A DNA stretch of 64,000 nt from an uncultured Verrucomicrobiota bacterium. GTDB taxonomy: Bacteria; Verrucomicrobiota; Verrucomicrobiia; Limisphaerales; CAIYYI01. Numbering within the stretch: the first letter of the stretch is position 1; each line of letters begins with the position of its first letter. Positions 1 to 6,908 of this stretch are shown one piece after another. A program made the position numbers and the translations under genes. The stretch covers positions 6,407 to 70,406 of the forward strand of contig CAIYYI010000096.1 in assembly GCA_903930345.1 (NCBI GenBank), in the 5' to 3' direction. The notes under the pieces were generated by a model, which saw only the letters and a list, made by a program, of their open reading frames with translations, searched no databases and was not told the origin of the DNA.

Positions 1-264
1 CGCGCCGTATTGCCCGGAAAGAAAGGCTGCTCGGGTCGGCGAACATTGCGCATCCGCGTAGGCGGATGTGAACCTCATCCCCTGGGCTGAGAGTCGATCC
101 AGATGCGGAGTGGGAACATCCTTGTTGCCGTAACAGCTCAAGGCATTCCACCCCATGTCATCAGCGAGTATGTGAAGGATGTTGGGCTTGGCATCAGCGG
201 CTGCATGCAGCGCGGAGGCTGCTGCTAGCAGCAGGGAGGCGAGAAGTGCCGGAAAGTGATTCAT
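1..264 (-). CDS. Type I sulfatase, N-terminal 88 codons only (gene runs off the left edge)
   Basis: Reverse complement of 1-264 reads MNHFPALLASLLLAAASALHAAADAKPNILHILADDMGWNALSCYGNKDVPTPHLDRLSAQGMRFTSAYADAQCSPTRAAFLSGQYGA. This gives a signal peptide, the DDMG metal-site start and the C-x-P-x-R (CSPTR) formylglycine motif. It is absent from the ORF track because there is no stop inside the window. Confidence 0.85.
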   Translation of the reverse strand, partial: MNHFPALLASLLLAAASALHAAADAKPNILHILADDMGWNALSCYGNKDVPTPHLDRLSAQGMRFTSAYADAQCSPTRAAFLSGQYGA

Positions 265-423
265 GTTGCTTCCATTCTTCATCATCTGATCGTCAGTTCC
301 AGCCATTGGATTATTTTACTGCGGGCATCGCCGGGCAGAATTGATTGGTCATGTCGGTCATCGCCAGCCAAACCGTCCCGATCAAGACGAGGAGCCTTCG
401 TACCTTCATTCCGTGTTATGGGT

Positions 424-2316
424 TCAAGGTTTGGTGGTTTTCTCAGTCGGCGGATAAACGAGCGCCTGCGTCTTGCCTTCGAGCACGGCAATGGCGTGAT
501 TTAGCACGTGCTGCGGGGGATAGGTGCCGCCCGCCGCAGGTTTTGCCGATTCAACTGCCCGTTTCATGGCGGGCAGCACGGGGCGCGCGCGTTCGCCAAG
601 CCGGTCGAGTACGTTTGCGGCCTGCTGGGCAAAGGCGGGAGCATCCGTGTTTTGCAGCCACCGTTCGAGAGTTGGCAGGGCATCGTCGAGTTTGCCCAGG
701 CTGGCGAGCGCTTCGGCGGTGGCGACTTGGACCGCGCCCGAGGGGTCGTCGAGATGTTTGCGCAATGCGGGCTCAGCCGGCGAGGCCTGGGAGCCGAGGA
801 TGGTGCAGCCTTGCGCGGCCCACCAGCGCATCGGTTCGCTGGCATCATCGAGCGCCTCGATCAGCTTCGGAAGGTGTTTCGGATCGCGTTCTGAAGCCAT
901 CGTGGCCAGGGCAAAGACGCGCTCAATCGGATACGCGCCCGGTTTGCGCGAAGCCTCGTAGCCCTCAAGCGGCGAGCCTTCAGGCAGGAAGCCGTTGTCG
1001 TTGATCTCCAACGTGTGCTGTTTCAGCGCCGCGCGCATGCGCTCCAGGGTTTGGCGGTGCGCGGGATCGCGTGCGAGGTTCTTCACGCTGTCGGGGTCGG
1101 TATCCATGTCGTAAAGCTCCTCCGTCGGCTTTGTCCCCCAAAACTGTGCGGTAGCCTGTGTCAGTTTCCCTTCGGCTGCCACGCGTGCCCATGACTGGTA
1201 ACCGCGTGCCTGAAACTGATAATCAAGGGGTTGCACATACGGCACATCGGGCCGGTAGTTGTGGATGTAGAGCCAGCGGCGCTCAACCACTGAGCGCATC
1301 ATGTCATAGCGCTCATCCATGCGGTCCCGCGTGCAGAATACGAACGTGTTGGGTGCCGCCTTGGCCGGGCCGGCGAACGCACGGCCTTGCATGTAGTCGG
1401 GAATCTTCACCCCGGCGAGCGAGAGCACCGTTGCGGCAAAATCGACGAAGCCCACCGGGTCCTTGATACGGGAGCCAGGTGCCGCGGGCGCGAGGTGCCG
1501 CCACTTTGGCGGAAAATACACGATCAGAGGCACATGCGTGCCGCTCTGCTGGAGGAAGCGCTTGCTGCGTGGCAGCACGCCGCCGTTGTCGCCGTAGTAG
1601 AAGACGATCGTGTTTTCCGCCAGGCCGTCCTTTTTCAGGTCCTGGAGTTTCGCCTCAATCTGCGCGTCCAGCAGCGCCATGTAGTCATAGTAACGCCCCC
1701 AGTCATCGCGGATTTCCGGCGTGTCGGGCTGATAGGGGGGGATGCGAACCTTGGCCCGATCCATCGGCGGCAGTGTGAGCGGCAGCTCTTTCAGGGGAAA
1801 AAGGCAGCTTTCGTGCGTTAGCTCATGATTGAACACGCTGAAGAATGGCTGCCCGGGATTCGAACGTTTCCGCCAATGGGCATTCCGTCCGCTCTCGTCC
1901 CATGCTTCTTTGATGCTGAGCGGCGAGTTGTAGTCGGTCTTCGCGTTGTTCGACGTGTAGTAGCCCGCTTCCCGCAGGAGCGCTGGAAAACCCTTGAGCC
2001 ACGATGGAATTTTGCCCTGCGCGCGCATATGTTCAGCCGGCCCGGCCGTCGCGGCATACATCCCGCTGATCAACGCAAACCGCGACGGTGCACAGACGGG
2101 CTGGGCAAAGCAGCGTTCATAAAGCACGCCATCCTTCGCGAGACGATCAAGTGTCGGTGTGTGGGCTAGCGGATCGCCGTAACAGCCGAGGAGGGGATTG
2201 TTATCCTCGCTGACCAGCCACAGAATGTTGGGTGTTTTGATTGGCGAATCCTCGGCTTGGATCATGGTTAGCGGTGCGAGCAACGACGCGGCAAGGTAGA
2301 TGAGGATATATTTCAT
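424..2316 (-). CDS. Type I sulfatase with C-terminal HEAT-like repeat extension
   Basis: Track ORF 424..2421(-). I start it at ATG 2316 (MKYILIYLAASLLAPLTMIQA, signal peptide). NILWLVSEDNNPLLGCYGD and QPVCAPSRFALISGMY contain the C-x-P-x-R motif. The last ~149 aa (LPKLIEALDDASEPMRWWAAQG...LRKHLDDPSGAVQVATAEALASLG...) look like HEAT/PBS-lyase repeats. Confidence 0.9.
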   Translation of the reverse strand: MKYILIYLAASLLAPLTMIQAEDSPIKTPNILWLVSEDNNPLLGCYGDPLAHTPTLDRLAKDGVLYERCFAQPVCAPSRFALISGMYAATAGPAEHMRAQGKIPSWLKGFPALLREAGYYTSNNAKTDYNSPLSIKEAWDESGRNAHWRKRSNPGQPFFSVFNHELTHESCLFPLKELPLTLPPMDRAKVRIPPYQPDTPEIRDDWGRYYDYMALLDAQIEAKLQDLKKDGLAENTIVFYYGDNGGVLPRSKRFLQQSGTHVPLIVYFPPKWRHLAPAAPGSRIKDPVGFVDFAATVLSLAGVKIPDYMQGRAFAGPAKAAPNTFVFCTRDRMDERYDMMRSVVERRWLYIHNYRPDVPYVQPLDYQFQARGYQSWARVAAEGKLTQATAQFWGTKPTEELYDMDTDPDSVKNLARDPAHRQTLERMRAALKQHTLEINDNGFLPEGSPLEGYEASRKPGAYPIERVFALATMASERDPKHLPKLIEALDDASEPMRWWAAQGCTILGSQASPAEPALRKHLDDPSGAVQVATAEALASLGKLDDALPTLERWLQNTDAPAFAQQAANVLDRLGERARPVLPAMKRAVESAKPAAGGTYPPQHVLNHAIAVLEGKTQALVYPPTEKTTKP

Positions 2317-3323
2317 GCGGTTTGAGATGGATGAGTTGCGGGGAGTTCCTCGCCGTCGTGATGGAAACTGTGATGCCAGAAGGCAAGCCGGCATAGACGA
2401 CGGTGTTGGCTGAGACGGCATGGGTAACGGAAGTCAAAGTTCTGACAATCCTGACGAGATATGGATGGCGAAAGCTCCCGGCTGATTCGGAAATCCACCG
2501 TTGTTCAGGATGGTCACATACTCCATCGCCTGCCGCCAGGCAGCGTCCAGACGATGGCAATCCAGGGGCTTCATGAGCTTTAAACTACGTCCAACCAGCC
2601 GCAAAAAGCGACTCAAAAATTGAACCTGCTCCCGTATTCAAATTGCCGGCTGGTCAACAATCCGGCCCCTCCATGCCCTCAGTGAGAGAGGGCAGGGGGG
2701 CGTGAGCCGGTTCGTTGAGTTGGGCGCACCCTGCAATTAGCGCGGCTGCGCGCGTCGCAATTCATGGGCCTCTATTGCCGGGGACATTCCGCCGTCTCTC
2801 AGTTGGAACGATTGGCGTTTGATTTTGCGACCTTCTGCGCGAGCTTCTCCTCGTAGAAATCCGTTTCCTCAACCGGGCACACCAACGGCCTGCCCTCGGT
2901 CATCAATGCCACGATGCTTGCCGCTGCCGCAAGGACAGGGATCGTATTTTCCAATGCAGCTCATGGGCTTCATCATTCCTCGGATTGAGTGGATGCGGCA
3001 AGCCGTTGTTGGCGAGCTCCGGGCGGGTTCCGAATATATCGGTTGTGAAGGGCCAAGTGGTAATGTGAGGGGGAAAGTTGCTGGGGCGGTTTAAGCTGAG
3101 GGGTGGTGGGGACGTCCAGACCGGGAGGTCTGGCAGCGCTGGAAGTTCACGGGATCAGGCTGCGGGATTGCTGGCCAAAATTGTCCAAGCAGAGCTTGAT
3201 CCCCGCGCGTTCATCCATAAACTAGCCGCCCATGAATTGGATGCATCATTGTTTTTCCGACTCCGGCCTGCAGCCGGCCTGCGGCGCTGAAACTCTCCCG
3301 GCCTGGATTCAGTAAGGAACTTT

Positions 3324-4604
3324 ATGGTGGAATCAAGTATGGCCCGGCGGGGCTGGATCGTGACGGTGGCGGGCTTGATCCTGAATCTCGCGCTGGGTAT
3401 TCTTTACGCGTGGAGTATTTTCAACAAGCAGCTCTCCGAAGCCGTGGATCATGGCGGATACGGCTGGTCCCGAACCACGGCCACTTTGCCCTACACGCTG
3501 GCGATTGCTTGTTTTGCTTTGACCATGGTGCCGGCGGGTCGGCTTCAGGACAAATATGGTCCGCGCCTCGTGGCCACCATCGGAGCTTTTCTCTGCGGCG
3601 TGGGGCTGCTGGTCGCCAGCTTCGGATCTCCCGAGCTGGTGTTCCCGATCTTGATCGGCTTTGGCATTCTCACGGGCACGGGCTTGGGGCTGGGTTATGC
3701 CGCCGCGACGCCGGCGGCCGTGAAGTGGTTTCCCTCGCAGAAGAAAGGGCTGATTACCGGCATCGTGGTCGCTGGCTTCGGCATCGCGCCGGTCTATATC
3801 GCACCGCTGTCGAAGTATCTGCTGGCGAACTACGGCATCAGCCTTTCGTTCCGGATTCTGGGGGGATTGTTCCTCGTGGTGGCAGGCGGCGCGGCCCAGT
3901 TCATCGTGAATCCTCCTTCGCCGGCCCCGGCCAAGTCTTCACCGGCCACGCCCAGCGGTGGCAGCGCGTCCACGAAGGACAAGACGTGGCGGGAAGTGCT
4001 GAAAACGGGGGTCTTTTACTCATTATTCCTGCAGTATGCCTGCGCTGCCACGGCCGGGCTGATGATCATCGGTCACATCGCCAAGATTGTTGCCACGCAA
4101 TCGGGCAACACGATCAAGTCGGGGTTTCTGTTTGTGGCGGTGCTGGCCATTTTCAACGCGGGGGGAAGAATCCTGGCGGGGTTGCTCTCGGACAAGATCG
4201 GGCGCGTCTCGGCCATGGCTTTTGTTTTCACGATGCAGTGCGTGGTGATGTTCTCGTTTGATCGTTTGACGACGATGCCCGCGCTGCTGGTGGGCACTGC
4301 TTTGGTGGGCTTCAACTACGGCGCTTGTCTTTCGCTCTTTCCCGCGACCGCCGCCGATTATTGGGGCACGAAAAACCTCGGACTGAACTACGGCATTCTC
4401 TTCGTTGCCTGGGGCGTGGGTGGGGTGCTGGGTCCGCTGCTCGCCGGCGCGGTGGCCGATGCGTCCGGCTCGTACACGGCGGCCTATCGCATCGCCGCGG
4501 GCTTGCTGGCCGTGGCCGCCTTCCTCGCGTTGGCCAACTACGTCAATGTGGATTTTCGGCCCTCGGAGCGGCAGGTGGTGCTCACTTTGCGCAAGAAGCA
4601 TTGA
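3324..4604 (+). CDS. MFS transporter, oxalate/formate antiporter (OFA)-like
   Basis: 426-aa ORF starting at ATG 3324, with an alternative ATG at 3339. About 12 hydrophobic segments. The N-terminus RGWIVTVAGLILNLALGILYAWSIFNKQL and the central hydrophilic loop (PSPAPAKSSPATPSGGSASTKDKTWRE) are typical of OFA-family MFS proteins. Confidence 0.85.
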   Translation: MVESSMARRGWIVTVAGLILNLALGILYAWSIFNKQLSEAVDHGGYGWSRTTATLPYTLAIACFALTMVPAGRLQDKYGPRLVATIGAFLCGVGLLVASFGSPELVFPILIGFGILTGTGLGLGYAAATPAAVKWFPSQKKGLITGIVVAGFGIAPVYIAPLSKYLLANYGISLSFRILGGLFLVVAGGAAQFIVNPPSPAPAKSSPATPSGGSASTKDKTWREVLKTGVFYSLFLQYACAATAGLMIIGHIAKIVATQSGNTIKSGFLFVAVLAIFNAGGRILAGLLSDKIGRVSAMAFVFTMQCVVMFSFDRLTTMPALLVGTALVGFNYGACLSLFPATAADYWGTKNLGLNYGILFVAWGVGGVLGPLLAGAVADASGSYTAAYRIAAGLLAVAAFLALANYVNVDFRPSERQVVLTLRKKH

Positions 4605-4760
4605 GGAGTGCTCAGCCAGGTGGCGGTGCGCAAGGTGATTACGGCGATCACGGTTTTCTCAGCCTTTGGCTGCGACAGCGCGGCACGACCGGCACAGGTG
4701 ACCAACAGGACGAGCGTTCTGACCTGTAAATACCTTTGAGGGGTCATGAAGTCTGGTTGA

Positions 4761-5216
4761 GGGGCTGGCGGTCGTTTCCCCGCGAGCAAGCTCGGCCCTT
4801 ACATTGTGGCCCAGGTGCTCGGAGCCATTGCCGCAGGCAGCGTCCTCTACCTCATTGCCAGCGGTAAGGCCGGCTTTGCGGTGTCGGCCGGCTTCGCCTC
4901 CAATGGGTATGGTGCCCACTCTCCAGGCGGCTACTCGCTGTTGGCCGCTTTGGTGACCGAAGTGGTGATGACGATGATGTTTCTGGTCATCATACTCGGG
5001 GCGACCGACAAACGTGCCCCGCAAGGCTTCGCTCCGCTGGCTATCGGGCTGGGCCTGACCCTGATTCACCTCATCAGCATCCCGGTGACCAACACCTCGG
5101 TGAATCCCGCCCGCAGCACCGGCGTCGCGATCTTCGTGGGCGATTGGGTGCCAAACGCCTCCGCGCGAATTAAGGATTACCGCCCGCGCCGAGTCCGGCT
5201 AGGATGCGCCGCATGA
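4761..5216 (+). pseudogene. aqpZ: Aquaporin Z remnant lacking both ends
   Basis: The frame opens right after TGA 4758-4760. [37 protein letters not shown]...[14 protein letters not shown]...[37 protein letters not shown] aligns with E. coli AqpZ from about residue 73 through the second NPA box. The first ~70 residues, including the first NPA box, are missing upstream. Homology stops near 5150 and the reading frame then runs into unrelated sequence. Confidence 0.8.
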
Positions 5217-5927
5217 CGTTGCGCTGCCTTTACGACCTCGCGCTTGCAGCCGGTTTGTTTGGCCAGGCGGCCTCCGCCCAGGATGCGGCCGTCCGTGCCG
5301 CCATTGCCGCGCAGTTGGACCCCCGCTATCCGGCTATCCTTGCGCTCTACCAGCATCTTCACGCCCATCCGGAGCTGTCGTGGTGCGAAACAAACACCTC
5401 CGCCCGCCTCGCGGAGGAACTTAAGCAGGTCGGCTGCGAAGTCACGCTGAACGTCGGCGGGCACGGCGTGGTGGCGGTGCTCAGGCACGGCCGCAGCCCG
5501 ACCGTGCTCGTGCGCGCGGAAATAGACGCGTTGTCGGTGAAGGAGCAGACCGGACTGCCCTACGCGAGCACCGTGATCGCGAAAGACCTTTCCGGCAACG
5601 CAGTCTCCGTGATGCACGCCTGCGGCCATGACGTCCACGTGGCCTGCCTTGTCGGCACGGCGCAAGTGCTGGCGCGGCACGCTGGTGTTGATCGGCCAGC
5701 CCGCCGAGGAGGTTGGCGGCGGCGCGAAGCGGATGCTGGCGGACGGTTTGTTCGCGCGGTTTTCGCGGCCTGACTTCTGCCTTGCGCTGCATGACACGAC
5801 TGCTGTGCCGGCCGGCGCGATCAGTTTCACGCCGGGCTTTTCGGCCGCTGACGTGGACCGGGTAAACATCACTGTGCGCGGGGTCGGCGGCCATGGCGCG
5901 CACCCTTATCCGGTCGGTGGCGAGTAG
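5204..5927 (+). pseudogene. M20D-family amidohydrolase (hippurate-hydrolase-like), frameshifted and 3'-truncated
   Basis: Frame 1 (5204..) gives a signal peptide, then LYQHLHAHPELSWCE...VLVRAEIDALSVKE...MHACGHDVHVACLVGTAQVLAR. Homology continues in a different frame (track ORF 5628..5927) as WRGTLVLIGQPAEEVGGGAKRMLADGLF...VRGVGGHGAHP. The frame switch lies near 5668-5680. The protein ends after ~240 aa of an expected ~400+. Confidence 0.75.
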
Positions 5928-6197
5928 AATCTTGAGCGCGACGAACCGGTTGAGCTGCGGCTGCCGCGCCTTAAACACACAACCCATGCCGCCCTGGCCG
6001 ATGAGTTCGAGCACTTCCAACTGCGGAAATGCCGCTTTCACCGCTGTCAGCGTTGGCGGCGGCGGGCGATCCGCGCCCTCGGTATGCCGGGTCGGCTGCA
6101 AGGCGGCAAGCATGAGACAACGCGGGCAGCCCGCCATGCCGTCTGCGTCGAAGGCCGCGCCACACGTCGGACATTTTTTCAGACTCGAATCGTTCAT
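5916..6197 (-). pseudogene. Ser/Thr protein kinase, N-terminal ~94 codons only
   Basis: From ATG 6197(-): MNDSSLKKCPTCGAAFDADGMAGCPRCLMLAAL...FPQLEVLELIGQGGMGCVFKARQPQLNRFVALKIL. This gives a zinc-ribbon-like CxxC..CxxC, the glycine-rich loop GQGGMG and the VALK lysine. Kinase homology then ends where the ORF reads antisense through the M20 remnant. No catalytic or activation loops are present. Confidence 0.7.
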
Positions 6198-6336
6198 CAC
6201 CGTTGCCTGACGCGTTTTTGGTGAAACGCGGCAGACTTTCTTGAAGTAGTCGCCTTCGGGTGCAAGACAAGCTGAGATCTGCGCCTTAGCCGATTCCGTA
6301 TAGCTGCATGGATTTGTCTTGGGGGGAGGAACTTGA

Positions 6337-6366
6337 TTATTGTAGATAAAAATACCACTACAATAA
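6337..6366. promoter_or_regulatory. Perfect 9-bp inverted repeat (TTATTGTAG-12 nt-CTACAATAA) in an AT-rich island
   Basis: Read directly at 6337-6345 and 6358-6366. It sits in the most AT-rich stretch of the window (about 6330-6420), between the kinase remnant and the giant gene. The right arm contains TACAAT and a TTGCAA is nearby on the other strand. It is a candidate operator/promoter only. Confidence 0.35.
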
Positions 6367-6548
6367 AAAGACTTGCAAGTCGTTAAGCTCGGTGGAATCG
6401 TAGATGTATGCATACTACATCATGCTTAAACACGCCAATAGAGCCTGCAATCAACGCGGCGAACCGGGCGGAATCTCAGATTGACCGATTCCAACGGGCT
6501 TGCCACCTGCCCGCCGTTATCGGCTTTTGTCCCAAACTTCAAATTCCG

Positions 6549-6594
6549 GTCATCGGGAGTCATCGGGAGTCATCGGGAGTCATCGGGAGTCATC
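6549..6594. repeat. Perfect 10-bp tandem repeat GTCATCGGGA x4.6
   Basis: ggtcatcgggagtcatcgggagtcatcgggagtcatcgggagtcatc read directly. Intergenic, about 315 bp upstream of ATG 6909. Confidence 0.95.
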
Positions 6595-6640
6595 TTTGAC
6601 CCTGCGGAGTCGCTTCCATTTCCTGCCGGCACCTCGGATT

Positions 6641-6672
6641 TCAGCATCTCAGCTTGTCAGCGTTTCAGCTTT
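6641..6672. repeat. 8-bp periodic repeat TCAGCnnn x4
   Basis: tcagcatc tcagcttg tcagcgtt tcagcttt. TCAGC occurs at 6641, 6649, 6657 and 6665, exactly 8 bp apart. Confidence 0.85.
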
Positions 6673-6908
6673 TTGGTCCTCCCCACTCCCCTCTACATTT
6701 TCCCAGTGGCTCCAGCCGCGGCGACAATCATTAGCCGACCGCCCAATAACCCGAAAGTACGGCTAAAAAAGTACAAAAAAGTCTAATTCGTCACCCCTGA
6801 CCACCAGCCATCCAAAGCCATACCACTCCAGGCCCTGAAAAGCGTGGGCGGCGGGGGCGGATTCTCTTTTACTTCCGGTTGCCAATCAGGTAGTAATCAT
6901 AAACGTCC

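Noticed and set aside
2434-2616. 60-aa minus-strand ORF (MSRFLRLVGRSLKLMKPLDCHRLDAAWRQAMEYVTILNNGG...) just upstream of the sulfatase.
   Set aside because: It has no recognisable motif, sits at the minimum length, and overlaps two other equally plausible small ORFs. It cannot be supported from sequence alone.
3116-3133. Perfect 7-bp stem with a 4-nt loop (CCAGACC-ggga-GGTCTGG) upstream of the MFS gene.
   Set aside because: It is an isolated small hairpin with no flanking T-run and no adjacent gene end that it could terminate. This is insufficient to call a terminator or regulatory element.
4538-4789. 83-aa minus-strand ORF whose internal Met gives a lipoprotein-like start (MTPQRYLQVRTLVLLVTCAG).
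   Set aside because: It overlaps the 3' end of the MFS gene by ~67 nt and runs into the aqpZ remnant boundary. The remainder has no homology. It is probably fortuitous or another decayed 5' end.
6549-6594. Possible CRISPR array, given direct repeats in an intergenic region.
   Set aside because: The units are 10 bp, contiguous and without spacers, and no cas genes are in the window. This is a microsatellite-type tandem repeat, not a CRISPR array.
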